A stretch of 64,000 nucleotides of DNA from Lepidodermella squamata (taxonomy: Eukaryota; Animalia; Gastrotricha), in assembly GCA_047495785.1 (NCBI GenBank), contig JBLDXI010000015.1:5084001-5148000 (forward strand), given 5' to 3'. The translations under genes were made by a program, and so were the position numbers. Below are positions 24,103 to 37,946 of the stretch, piece by piece; position 1 is the first letter of the stretch, and each line of letters starts with the position of its first letter. The notes under the pieces are model-generated. The model searched no databases. It was given only the letters and a program-made list of their open reading frames with translations, and had not been told where the DNA came from.

Positions 24103-25908
24103 TCATCGGCGCGGCGGCACCGCCGGTGCCATTGGCCGATTGACATTGCCGTTGCTGCTACGGCGATGGCCGCTGTCGGCGTAAGACTTTACAATTTGAT
24201 CATGATAAAACCTATTCGGAAAACATGTTCAGCTATCGAATGGTTAGAGGTGAACCTAAGCGTACCTAGATCCGAATTGGCTATGCCATTTCGACACGGC
24301 GTCTTCAACAAATATTGGACCCTGATGGCCGATGTTGGCCGGCCGTTCGGGCAGGCGGTTCGGGGGCGGCGGAGCGAGAGAGTGATGATACTGTTGCTCG
24401 TAGCCTGGCGAAGAATCGGCCGTGATCGTAGCTGTCACCGGGGCCTTGTAATCATCCGGGCTTCGGCGCTTAGCCGCTAATATCGGCGTACAGATGATGA
24501 AGGCGAGTGTGATGGAGAAAGCTGAACATTGTCGGATGAGCAAAAGCCCGAAAGCAAAAGACTACGCGATGAGCTATCCCATAGAATAGAAACTAAAATA
24601 CCTAGGAAGATTGTGAAGATGGAAAGAGCTATCGCGAGGTACTTGGCGACAACTTCGGCATTCGACGCCAGTTCGCCTTCGAAGCAGCCGAGCATGACCC
24701 ATGAGCTGGAGAGGCGGCTGGCTTTGACGTCGGAGACACAGTCGCGCATTTGGTCCCGCATGCAGCAACTCATGGGCAGGCGCGGCATGGTCAGGATAAT
24801 TTCTGGCGAGCCATCAGCAGTCGGCACCGTGTATCTGTGTATCAAGTCCAATTAATCAGAAGCTTGGATCAAAATCTCAACGACTTACTCTCTATTCCAC
24901 TTTTGAGCGTATTGAAATGTTGGGAGGCCATCTATACCACAGCAGTTGTATCTATGCAAAAGGCAACCATCATATCAAGTTTTCGCCAAATTCTTTGACA
25001 GTCTTACCTTCGATTGATGTAGTTGACAAATCTCGTAAAATCATCGAAGCTATCATCACCTTCATAACGTTGAATAAAGGTTTCGTTCAATTTGTCCCTC
25101 ACATAATCCGTGGCGTTCTATTGAGAGAAAAGGCCAATTCAAAGGCGGTTGGAAGCAAGTGAAATATCAAAAGTCAAAATTTACATATTTATTGGAGACA
25201 TCCATTGCGATGAAGTACATAATGAGCACGGTGGTGAGCACGATAACGTAAATCGCGATGACGGCAATGTAGAGACCGAGGGCGCCGGCACGTGGCCAAA
25301 CAGCACAGGCAACAGCGAAGAGCCCGAAGAAAAATAGAACACAGCCAAATACGATAACTGTCGCTTTTGCTTCCCAGCCGAGTATTTTTCCGAAATCGAT
25401 GCATTGCGACGCCAGGTCAGGTGTGTAGATCTCAGCAAACGCGGCTCGCATGTCATTTCTGTACAAGAAGCACAGTCCCTGAGGCGAGAAAACGACTAAG
25501 AAGCCGAAAATTGCCACACCGGCGCCGACGAGCATCAACACTAGTATTTTAGGGACATCAGTGAGTTCGACACCAACAACATTTTAAAATACTCGCATAC
25601 CTAAATTGACCAGGATCCATGTAATGGCAATGCCAAACTGGCTCTGAATAATGTGAGAGAAGCGATAAAATTTAAATTTGAGCAATAACCAAATCGCAAA
25701 TTGTATTTACCTGTTTGACGGTGACCATTACGGTGTATTTGCACAGGCCAAAAATTAAACGCAAAGCCGCAGCAATGCGCGTCGGCTCAACAAATTTTGC
25801 GGCTGTTAAAAACCTACACCTAGAAACCCGGAAATGCATGATTGATGGGGTCATCATCAAACAATAAATGAATGAGGACATGAAACAAGTATTTTCGCCG
25901 CTGTCCAT
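24103..25908 (-). CDS. Divergent tetraspanin B (start uncertain)
   Basis: Four TM segments; YNCCG, LPMSCC, LGCF; Pro-rich cytoplasmic tail ending PAVPPRR*. Confidence 0.82.
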
Positions 25909-27979
25909 GAAACGTGAAGCGGCGAAGGCTTCACCTTGTTAAGACGGAAGTGGCGTCTTGGGAAAATCAAGTGAAGCCTAAAATTAGGCTCATTTCGAGG
26001 TGACAATGGCGCAACAAAGATACGATGACTTGATTATAAGTGGGATTCATCATTGCCGTCGAGTGGCATACACATTCGCAGTGAGTATTTGTGCTCTTGT
26101 CTTGCAATAGCGGCAATAAAAACGAGCTCTTCTTGGCAGTGGTCGCAATAACAATGGCGGTCGGTAGTAAGTTCTTCTTCTCTTCTTCTTCTGCGTTGCG
26201 TACTCTATCAGGCTTGTTTGTTGGCGAGTGAGCGAGCGCGCGCGCAGAAAGAAACGAAGCGCGATGGGATATAATTTTTATACTTACCTTTTATGAATAA
26301 TTTACACGCGCGGGATGCGTACAATTAATGCTGCGCTGTTGCCTGCTGTCAACAACGAATTTCGGGCCATTGTCACATGTTCAGTGGCTTACTTCGTGCC
26401 TACTCCTTTGCGTTCGCGTCGTTGCGGCTCGCTCGTCCTTGCTCGAACGCGCGTAAAATGCAGAAATAACGTATGAAGGCACTTTTTACATCGTCGTCGT
26501 CGTCATCGTTTAGGCATACGAACCAAGTTGCAGTGGTTGCACGTTGCTTGCGACAAACCAGCGGCAGCACACCTGTGTGTGTGCTCCGGTGTTGTGAGTG
26601 GGCTCATTCACGTTCGCGAGCATGCATTGGTGGGCATTATAAGTACTACAAAACCGCGCTGCCAGAACTACACATCGCAGAAAGACTAAACGTCGTAGGC
26701 ATAGACCAAAAATGTTGCATTTATAATTCCATAGTCTCGCCTCTGTTTTTCGTATAATACGCCGGTAATTTCCACCTCGTCGAGTATTATTGTTGTTTTA
26801 GCCGCAGATGATTGTGAAAACAATACCTTGTCGGCGTTAATTAATTAGCGACTACTTCAGATACATAATAAAATACTCATAAGCTAACGTTATTGTCTCG
26901 TGTTCTCCCGGCAGGGATCGACGCCAAAATGTACACCTCTTGAATTATATACCTGAAGACCATTTCAGTAGCGCAATAAAAGTGAGGCTAAACAAATAAA
27001 TGCAAGGTCTCTTAAATCAAGAACGGGCAGCCCAGAGTTCCTGTAGTTCAAAATATCAGAATTTATAATGCTATAATGCCCAGACGTAAGTAAAACGGCC
27101 TCGATATAGACTCGATAGCATCTTGCCTCAGGGCTGACACAAAGGAATGGCGGGATGAAAAGAGAAATGAAAGCTTAAACTTAGCATCATTTCGCGACGA
27201 TATTTTGCTGTTATCTATAATGTTTCGGCGGAAATTGGCGCCAAAATAACGATAAAGCAAATAATTAAAACGATACCTCTCCGCCAGCATTGCAACGCGG
27301 CGATTTTGACTGACTGACGACCGACGACACGTCAGTGGATTGCACTTGTCCCACAGTGACATGGGTCGTAAATAAAAATAATAACAATAACGATTTCGAA
27401 GCTAATGCAGTACATGTGTGTGGCTGCGACGCGCATTTGTCGTCGCGCCTTTCTCACATCACCGGCATAGTCTCGCTGAAGTGGCGCGGAAAATTGGCCG
27501 GCGCTGAAAAAGGTCAGCCTTTTGTGAATAATTGCTACAAAAACAGTTTTTACGAACATCACACGCGCGTCAAAACGGCGCGCGCGCATGTTCGCAATTT
27601 GGCTATGCGGTGGTAACAAAGCACCACGTCCACTTGTTTACGTGATGCGATTAACTCGGCTGAAATCACAATAAAAAGTGAAGCGATGAAAAGGTACACT
27701 CACGCGTATTTTTCAAGATATGATTATTGTATTTATTCGTAAACATGTGTTCTTTTTTCTCGCGTTCGATTCCGGTTATTCATGATATTATATAACAACA
27801 ATGGAAGAAACAAAACGCAACAACGGCGTCACCTATAGAAATAATGAGAAAAATATCAAGTGCTGCATATTCACTTTTTTGTAGCGAAAAAGATGGTCTT
27901 TCACAAAATAGTAAGCTGCGTATATCACAGATGGCTAATTTTTTAATACCTATGAAATAATGTCTCTGGTTAGCAAATT

Positions 27980-30900
27980 TTATTTCTTCTTTTTTGGAGC
28001 TGCTTTCGGACTCCCTTTGCCCTTGCCCTTGGCTGCTGCGGCTTCGGCGGCCGCGAGCTGCTCTTTCGCCTGTTGTTCAGCGAGCGCTTGGGCCAGGGCC
28101 TCCTGCCGCAGTCGTTCCTCCTCGAGAAGCTGAAATGAGGGCATCTCGTTATTTCGGAAAATTTCAGGTCGCAACTGACTTACCCTCGTGCGGATGGCTT
28201 CCCGCCGTGCTACTAGCGTTTGCCAAGTGCGATCCGTTTCCGCCTGTTCGCAAAAAACAGGTAATTCATCATTTGAAGATTCAAATAGAAAATCAAAATC
28301 AAAATCGATAAAATAAAGTGATTGCTCCCGGCATAACACGGTAGTGCGATTTTTGCGCGTTGCGGTGAGGATTATAACCGATATTTAACCAAGTGATATA
28401 ATATGATGAATAAAAGACAACAATGACAAAACTGGACGGCTATAATGCGGACCTGTCGCCGTGTTCATGGTATTTGCCGTCTCCAATTTCGAATGCTTGT
28501 TGTGTTCTCGACCAGTTTGCAGCTTCGCCGTTTGTGCTGCCGCTGCTGCAGCTGCAGCCGCGGCAGCCGCTCGTTCCTGCTCTTCAATTTCTCGCCGCCT
28601 GTGTTCTGCGATTGCTCGCATGCTCTCGATATATTTATTGAGAGCAAACTCTTTCATACCCTTGGAGAATTGCGAAATTTAAGCATAACAAAAACACAGA
28701 GTTATAAGCAGTAGAAGCATAGAGAAAGCCATTTCACGCGTTTTCCATTAAAAATTAAAGATATTCCTCACCTGGATGCGTTCATACTCAGCCAGTTGTT
28801 GGTTTTTCAAGAACTGCCGAATCTGCTTATCGGTTTCAAGAAAAGCCAACGCATCGCGTTCGGCTGCCGCGAATTCGGCGACAACTTGCGGCCGAGTTTC
28901 GGGGTCGAGGGCGCGCCGCTCCTCCGGCGTAAGGTCTTTCCAGCAGCGCATGAACGGCGAAAAATCAACGTCGGGAAGTGTGACTTTAGCCAAGGCCTTG
29001 TCGATCGCATCAGCCGAAGCACTTGGACCACCGACTGAGACCAGCAACTCGTCGACAGGCACCCCACGGGATCTCAGGTAGTTCAGCCGACTCTGACGGG
29101 CCTTGGCAGCTCGGCCGGGTTCTGCTTCTTCCCAAGCTCGCTTCATTGCCCGAATTTCATCAGCCTTAGTAGTATCGCGATAAATTTCGATTTCATCCTA
29201 AGTCATCGTCAAGGTCTATTATAAGTTAAACAACTCGGCAGCATGTTGAAACTTACGGCCGCGTTGTAGTCTGAAATGAATTTTACGATGGAGTGCGGCT
29301 TTTGTTCGTCGAAGCCAACCGAGGGCGGTCGCGAGGCCAATGCTTTTGATTCACGCTGCAAAATAGAAACCGTTAGAAACTGCCAGGCATAAAAAGCAAA
29401 GCTGTTCAAGCCAGATAAAATCATAAAATCCACCGTAGAAAACTCTAAAAAATATAGCTATATCTTGAAATTAATTCAGCGAAACTTCAAGAACGTAAGC
29501 GATCAAATAACACAAGCAGTATGATGCGCGTTAAATCTGCACACCTGCTCTTTCGCTCTCAATTCAGCTTCTTTATCCTTGCCCTAAACGCGATTGTTAA
29601 CGATGAAACAAAATGTAAACGATCTTTCGCACAGTTAGTGAATTTTTACATGCTGAATGAAACGCTTTCCAGGTAATAATTCATGCAATTACTTTCCGAT
29701 TGATCAACATTCATTTTACGTAATCAATTTAAAACCTACTCCAGTTGTTATCGTAGGACTTTCCGGCTTATCATCATCATGTCAATTCACGCATTTTTCT
29801 CATCAATTACTTTTAATAAAGCGTTACCTTGGGAACACCTTTCGATGCCGGTGGAGGTTTTGCGGTTTTCGAGTCCTTAGAATCTTTTTGCGAACCAGTT
29901 GCACTAGCAGCAGTCTTCTCGGGACCAGTCGCGCCACCAGCTCGCGGCGTCATTTCCATTTTGATCGAAGTTGTACCATGATTCGTCTCACTGAAACATA
30001 AATTACCGTTTATAGGCATTGTCTCATAAATATATTAAAAACACGTGAAAACTTGAAAATCGGAGCAACCCTCCGAAAAAAATCTCACGAAATGAATGCA
30101 AAAATCACTCAATCCTCACCTTAAATATCTGTTTTAAACGTTGGTAAATATGGTAAAGTAAATAATAACTAAAGCTGAAAATAAATTTACCTGTCGTATG
30201 ACAGCTTCATTTCCTGCTTTGCTTGATCGCGGAGATTTTCGAACCTAGGGCACGAATCAGAGTATTTGAAGTAATTGAAGCTAATTTTAATATAAATCTA
30301 CTAACCACGCTTCCAAGTCGGAAGACAATGGCCACGATGCAGGGGTCATTAGAGTGCACTGAACAATCCATCGATGAGTTATCGGTTCGGCGCCTGGCGA
30401 CGCGGTTCGAGAGCTTGGTCGAGAACTACGATGCGTCTAAAATCAAAATAATGGTCCCTCTCCAAACACATGATATCGTTGATTTACCGCTTTTGGCGAT
30501 GGGCTTCGACCGCCAGCACCACCTCGTGAAGCTGGACGGTTTGTCGAATTCGAAACTGTTGACGCCGTTTTCCCGACTGGTTTGGCAGCGGGAACAGGAG
30601 GCGGCGGTGGCGCAACTTCTTCGGTTTCGGTGCTCTCCGAGTCAGGCATGAAGATAAACGCCGGTATTAACACGGCACCTCGGCCGCGTGCGGTGTGAAT
30701 AAGCTTGTCCTTGTCGAAAATCTGAAGCGCAATATCGGCATTCGGTTCATTGGCCGCAGCGTACAGGGTGGCAAGATGCGGCGCTGCGACCTTGACCGTG
30801 TATCGGCATATAATGTTGCGATCGTTAGGGAGGAAGTAGTCGCGCAGCTCGCGGATGCAGAACGACGACACAAGCTCGGCGTGGGCGGGAGCGGGCAGGT

Positions 30901-33900
30901 TGGCGTGTGACCCAATCAGTCGCATGCGCCACTTGCCCGAAACGGCATTCGAAGTGTCCCCGCTGCGGGCCTCGCCCAATATCGTATAACCACGCTTGTT
31001 CGGCGCGTAACTGTAAGGCGCGACTCGGCAGAACACGCGTTCCAGTTCTTCACCAGTGTCATTGTCGACGACGCGCAAGAAAGCAGGGGCTAACGAGCAT
31101 GTCAAGCGAGGCACGACCAGGTTCGTTTGTTTTGCGTGGAAAACGTCGCGGAACAGCAGGAACCACGTGTTGGGTGGCTGTTCCGGGTACGAGCCGGCGT
31201 AGTCGCAGTACGCGATGCGGTTCCACTCATCATCGTAGAACGGGTAGAAGCGCAGAAGGTCGGGATCTTCGCCGAACATGCCGCGGAACAAATTGGCGGC
31301 GATTACCGACGTGTGCGGCTGCAGGGCCTCGGCCATTTTCAGAAGGGCAGCGCTGACCTTGTCGAAGTTCGAAGTACCTGGCTTGTCAGCTTTAAAAATC
31401 TTGCGACTAGCAGCGCCGCGTTGGCACTTCTGGATCTTGACGATGGCTTGGACTTCTTCGGCGGTCGGTTCACGGTCGTTGAATATGTAATTTGCGGGGA
31501 CTCCAGGGGTGGAAGAACTCGCCGCTGTGGGCGCAGCGTTCTGTGACGCCTGCAGCGACGATGACTCCTTGCTCTTGCTCTTACCCCCGCCGCCACCTTC
31601 TTCGTCCTTCTTCGCCTTCCCGCCCCCGCCGCCAGCGGTTTTCTCAACAGAACTCTTCTCTTTGCCATGTTCCGACTTTTCTTTAGTCTGGCCCGGGGCG
31701 GTTGCCGACGCTGCCGGGGCGTCCTTTTCCTTAGTTGTCGCCGATGCTCTTTTTCCGCCTGCTGCGGTGCCGCCAATTGAAGTACCCGGCCGGCTGGATG
31801 TCGAAGATCCGACAACGGACGGGGCATTCGGGTCTTGGAACATTACTCGCCACGCAAATGCCATTTCAGGGGTTGCAGCTTCGCCGAGTACAGCTCGGGT
31901 GGCGGTGGCGAGGCTGGACACAAAGTTGCCGTGTGCACGGCGACGAGACACGCTGCCTTCACTCGGTAACGCCAGTCTCATCTGTGAAATAGATTTGAGT
32001 TACGGCAAATCGATAATTAATAAAAAATAAGGAAAAACTAACCATTTCGTTCAAAGATTTGGTATAATTGGCCTTGTTGCTGAAAGAGCAAAGGCATGCG
32101 ATGAAGTTGGTGACGATGCGAACGGCTGTGTCCGTGTATCGCAGCGACTCCTTTGTCAAGTTCTGCATCACGAAGTCCTCGTCCCCGAGTGCGAAATTGG
32201 CCATCGAAGCAACGGTCAGATGGTATGCCAAGGGCGCGCCAACGACCAGGCGCAGCACGTGCCGCCCGGCTGGTAGGATCAGCGCAGTTGCGCGAATGGT
32301 ATTGGTGTGCAGTCGCAGAATCGTCGAGCCGCTAGCTAGCGACTTCCAGCTGTGCCGTTCGACTAACAATTCGCCACTGCCGGTGAACAGGGATTGCTGC
32401 TGCGCACCACCGGCACTTCCCGACGGCTCGACGGCCGTTGCTAGCCCGGCCTGCGCGGCGACGCCCTGTCCTGTCACCGACTGTGCGTCACTCACAGAAT
32501 CGGCGTCGCGAGGTCTTGCTTGCTGCTGTCCGGTAAGCTCGGGCCATTTGCAAATAGAGCTAACGCAAAAAACCAGTTCGATCGGATCGAGACTGTCGAC
32601 GGTTAGAAAATACACGGCCTTATCCTCAGACTGCAATCCTTGCTGTAAATGAAAACCATACAGCACCATTTAGAGGATTGGTTGATTCAAAAGATGGTGA
32701 AATGAATAAATGAGGCAAAAATCAAGTGTTCAAATAAAATTTAACAAACCGTGAGGCCGGATGGCGAAATTCGCCGATCCCTAGATACGATCTGGCCTTT
32801 CACGTCGGTGAACGTCTTAACGTGCGGGTAGGTGTTGGTCTTGTGGAAAATCACAACATATCTAGATAAGAAAACGTATATGATTTGTATTTTTGTCTGC
32901 CAGCTCTATCCGAGTAGTTTTTACTTGAAACAAGCGATGAAGTCATCGAAATCTAGCCAGGTGTTTTTCATTTGATCGGCCATCGTTGGCTCCGTAACAA
33001 CTACACTGGCAGCCTCATCGGCGAGCTGAGCTGGAACTTGACCAGGAATAACTGACGCAGATCCGATCGAAGGAGCTGGACCTTCGGCAGCACCTAATTA
33101 AACCAAAACGGAAAAGAAAATTAGCCAAGATTTTATAGCTTCATCTTTCATTGGAAGAAAAGATACAACTGAATATTTTGCAGTAGCTAGACGTATTTCT
33201 CAATTAAATATAGTGCAAGTGTAGTATGAAAAATCGGACAAGACTATTGGACGGACAAAGCACTGGACAGGTCAGAAACCTAATAAACCGTCGTCGGCTG
33301 TAACGGGAATGTCAACGGACCGCAACCAATGCGTTATACGCTCCGCATTGTTCTCGTGAACAACTGTTTCAGGCTCGTCGAACACAGGGTTCTCCTCGTG
33401 AAATGTTTCAATTACAGGAACAGTGGGGTGCTCGTTGCTATGACCTGTGTCCTTCGCATGATTACTAGCTATTATAGCAAGCGCAACGTACAATCATTCA
33501 AGTAAAAGCATGAAAAATCAAGCAATCTAACGGCGCATTGAAAAACTGAATGTTTACTAACCTGCTACTTTTGATGGAGCTGCGCTTGCAGTTTCAATTT
33601 TCGAACCCGAATCTTGACGTGTTGGTTGTAGGCGCTTATCATTCGGCGCAGTCGGCGGTTTATTAGCTGCAGCTTTGTTTGCTGAAAGCTGATTTCCGAG
33701 TGGGAGCTTGGTCTTCGGATCAATCGCTGTCACTGTACTCGCAGCATCAACAACCGGTGTAGCAATCACTGGTGGTTCAGGGGGCTTAACCACTTGCTGA
33801 TTCGCCTCGAGATCGTCGCCTTCCTCGGCAATAGTCACCTTGGCTGCCCTGCGTTCCAATTCAAGCCGCTCCTGTTCGTAAGTCCAGAACGGTGTGCCGA

Positions 33901-36591
33901 TGTAAGGAGAAGCTACTTCCAAACACTGGATAGGTTTATTGGCGTCGGCGATAGATGAGCATTTGTCACTAGGCATGTCAGACGGGATCACGCGAGGCTT
34001 TCGCGGGCGGATCATTTTCCATGCGGGAACTACTTCGGGCGGCGGTGGGGGCTCCAAAGGACAAGCTCTGCACTGTTTTAGCCAGACTATAAGCATCCTT
34101 TAAGTGATAAATCATCTTCATTAAATTGGTTTTCTTACCCATATGAGTACCCATTTGCGACAGACCCTTCTTGCGGAGTGTTTCGCTCTCTTCAGCCATT
34201 TTCCTCAGCATGCCAACAGGTAGGGCTCCCTTCGGGTACGAATTGTAATAGGCGAAAATAACGACTTCCCGGTTTTCTGGTAAGGCCTCTTCGTTTTTAG
34301 CCACTGCAAAAATACAATAGAAATGTTTCAAGGAACGATTCTTCACATTACCCGAGGGTGAATGCGCATGCTTTTTCAAATTCAAAAGTAAATCTCAATA
34401 AATGCATGCAACATTCCTGATATCAGCGTTTCATGCGAATAAAACTTATCAATCATACTTGCAGCAGGCATATAAATATCTTTAACACACAGGCGTGGTT
34501 GAAAATGTAATAAAAAGCAGCTCCAACGCAACAACCGAAGCCATTAAAATGTCACACAATCGGCATTTACGCAAATAAATCGTTTTTTGGCAATCGAATC
34601 AAAAATCAATTAAGAATAAATATAACGCTCACTATCAAGTCCGTGATGATCTCCGTGGCCTATACGTAACAAGATTGTTTTTCAAACATTAGTAGTGTTA
34701 ATTTATGTTATTACTACACAACGGTAAAGCAGCGACTTGGTAATATTTCTAGCCTTCTAGGTTTGCCACAAATTGCTAAATTTGATTATGTAGCGTATTT
34801 TGAACTAATGTACGAAACATGGTTGATAAGCGAATGAAGCAAAGCCACTAAACATGCAAACATGGAGTACCTTTGTCCCTATCCTTTGAGGGCTTCGAGT
34901 CTTTGGCTGTGGCAACAAAGTCATCAATTATTATGTTACAGATAGCTCAACGCAAATTTAAAATAAGTGTGTCAACTGAAAATGCATTACCTTTGACGTC
35001 TGCCTTGTTTGCTTGTTTTTCAACTTTATCGTTACGAGCTTTTCCTGGTGCAGTATCCATTTTTCCTCTTTGATCCTGGGTGGCACCTTTTGCTCCAGGA
35101 GCCAACCCCGCGACGGCGGGATCCTAGGACAAAAGGAGATTATGAAACTATGACATGTAAAGCGCAATTCTCACCAGAGGATTGGGTTGGGCTAGTGCGG
35201 GATCTGGTGGCTGCTCGCTGGGCGGGGGCTGTGAGCTTGGCGGCGGCGGTAGCTTGAATTCTGGTAAAAACTGCTTGAGCATCGACCAAATATCAGGTCC
35301 AATAGTTGGATGGAGAGGTACCAACTCAGGAAGCCAGCCAGTAAGCATATGTATTACACTGTTGTCGCCAAGCTCCAGATTTCCTTCGGAACCATCCACG
35401 CTACATTAGGGTGTCAATCATTTTGACAGTTCATCTACTACATTTAACTTTTTTACTTACTCTAGAGTAATAATTTTTAATATAGCCTTCGTGATCAACA
35501 TAGGCCACAGCTCGTGTACATTCGTTGTCGCAGGAAGCAGCATTTGATCTTTCTCGTCAAATGGAATCTGATCGTCTACAACCAATTTCCTCCAACAACC
35601 CTTGTAAGTTAATAAAGATGAAGAACATATCTTATCTGAGGTTCCTTTGTATCTTACCATCCAAAAGAGTCGAACGACGTATTTACCAAAAGGGTTATAG
35701 GCTGGCATATATGGTCCCTTTTCTTTCGCAATTTTGTTGATAGCGTAAATATGCTCCCAAGGTCGCCATGAATATATCACCTCCTCCCAATTAGGATCAA
35801 CAGGTTCTCCTGCGGCTGGAGGAGTCTGCTTAATCTGCTTGATCTGCCAAAGCGCATTTATTTGGCTGATAATGAATCGCATCACCTACGTACATTCCTT
35901 AGCATCACAAGCTAAAAAGTATTTAAATAAAGCGCTTACTTCACTATGCATAATGTGCTTGTTTGGAGTGATCAAATCGAACTTTGATAGATATTCGAGA
36001 TCAACAACTGTTGGGGTCTGTGTGGAGTGGGAAAACATAAAAGCCGAGTTCCTACTCATCAATATGCAAACCTTTTCAACTGATACATCAAATGGTCTCT
36101 TCCAATTTGATGGGCGCAAACTGGGAGGCATTTCTGGACGACCCTCGGGATCTTCGAACAAATTGTGACCCTACATAGATGAAAAATGTAGTAGTTGCAT
36201 AAGGCGAATATCAAATTTGACAAACCAGAGGCGACTTTCCCTTCTCCTTTTCCTTAGTAGTCGCTTTGTGTGCGATTTCCTGTGTGTTTTGATGGTGAAA
36301 TAAACTGTAAAATGTCCATCTTAAAAAGTGAGGAATTTACCCATTTTTCACCATTGATATCAGCTTCGTTGAATTCGGGCCATATCGTTATCTTCACCTT
36401 TCTAATATCGCCGGCTCCTCCAGGAATCACCGAGCTGGCCCTTAATAAGAGTTCAGACAACAGAAAATCAGACAGCTTGAAGTTAGGCAAAACTAATTAT
36501 GTGCTTAACAACATTCAAACAAGCCGTGAAAGCCTCGACAAGAAACAAGATAAAAGATAACATACTCTCGGCCTCCAGGAGAATTAGCCAT
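27980..36591 (-). CDS. ADGB: Androglobin (calpain-like domain, circularly permuted globin, IQ motif), many exons
   Basis: IWPEFNEADINGEKW, FEDPEGRPEMPPSL..WKRP, YNPFGKYVVRLFWMGCWRK, ELWPMLITKA, IQ motif AIVKIQKCQRG near 31400-31450, EQPPNTWFLLFRD, MKRAWEEAEPGRAAKA. Confidence 0.92.
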
Positions 36592-37780
36592 ACGGCTCGC
36601 CGCGCGGCGAACTGAACCCATATTTAAGTTTCAGTTAAACGATACTAAGCAGCTATCGCAGAGTAACTAAACGCGACAGAACACCTTTGCCTAATTCTTC
36701 CCTCTCCGTTGCTGCTAGAACTCTCCCAAGGATCGCCAATTTAGCGCGTCATCAACATCAAGGTTGTTGCTAGCTACTTAATAATTTATGAAATTCGAAA
36801 ATGAAATGTTTTGAAAAATATTATTTAAAAATTCAATAATTAATTATATGATATATTTGCTGCAACATAAAACAGAAAGATATCGCCATACGCCAGCCGC
36901 TAACCGACCGCTGCGGCTGCATCTGCGGCTGAGGAATCGCTGTCCACGCCCAACCGCGGGTTTCATAATCGCTCATGGGATTTGCTCCCAAGCAACACTA
37001 AAATATTACTCCTGAATTGTCACAGAAACGGACTTCATTACCAATTTTATGGCAGATCCATTTTTTCATGCGAGTCATCTATCGATTTCCTCATAGAAAT
37101 CATGTCGTGCTCGTAACTTCAATCGTTAAGCGCGTAATGAATAGACAAATGCAGGTGTAAACAATGTATTGGGCAGCGCGCAGTGTAGGTACCACTCAAT
37201 TTGAGTTGCATGATTAAGTTGGAAATTTGCTGGTTTAGTCTAATCAGTTAAATGGAAAAACGAACTAGACTATTTGAAAATCTGCTAACACCTCCGCAAC
37301 GTTTCATTCTCGATATGACTTCGTCAGAAAAAAAGTCATCTTTACTCAATAGGTCAAGGAGAGTAAAATATGCTTAGCTTGAAATTGGAAACTTCTTGGA
37401 ATTGTAATTGTGAGTAGAGAGAAGTTGAGTTTCAATTGGAAAAGCTAAATGAACTTGATACTTCCAAGCTTTCCGCTCCTTCAAAAGGTTTCGTCGCATT
37501 CAGCTGGAATCCGAACGCGAACATAAACTATAAGCTTTAGCGCATGCAAGCTACTGAGCCCAGGCTACATTAGGGGCTCTAAATCTTAAAAGAACACGAA
37601 GATCAGGAATCTCACATAGTATGATTACTCTGGGCTTTGAATATACATAATATAGGTAACTCTTTGGTACTAATCCGGTGTAGCGGTAATCGAAACTAGG
37701 CTGCAATGACTACTAACCGCGCCTATATATATATATCTTGAAATTCGAAGTAGTCTTTCCAACTCCGTGCTATCTGTTTT

Positions 37781-37946
37781 CAGGGTGCGAAGTACAGGGG
37801 TGCTGGGGTGTCGCAACACCCCAGCTCCGGGACTTCAATCAGAGGAAGGCTGAAAAAATCACACAGGGGACCCTTTGGTTTCTTCGGCTGGGTCCTGGAA
37901 AACAATTAGAAAACACCTCAGCTCCCGGATCCTACTTCGCACACTG
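37781..37946. mobile_element. hAT-type MITE (166 bp)
   Basis: 14-bp TIRs CAGGGTGCGAAGTA / TACTTCGCACACTG (1 mismatch) flanked by the perfect 8-bp TSD TCTGTTTT (37773-37780, 37947-37954). Confidence 0.85.

Noticed and set aside
30223-32652. Long plus-strand ORFs opposite androglobin
   Set aside because: Antisense shadows of GC-rich coding exons.
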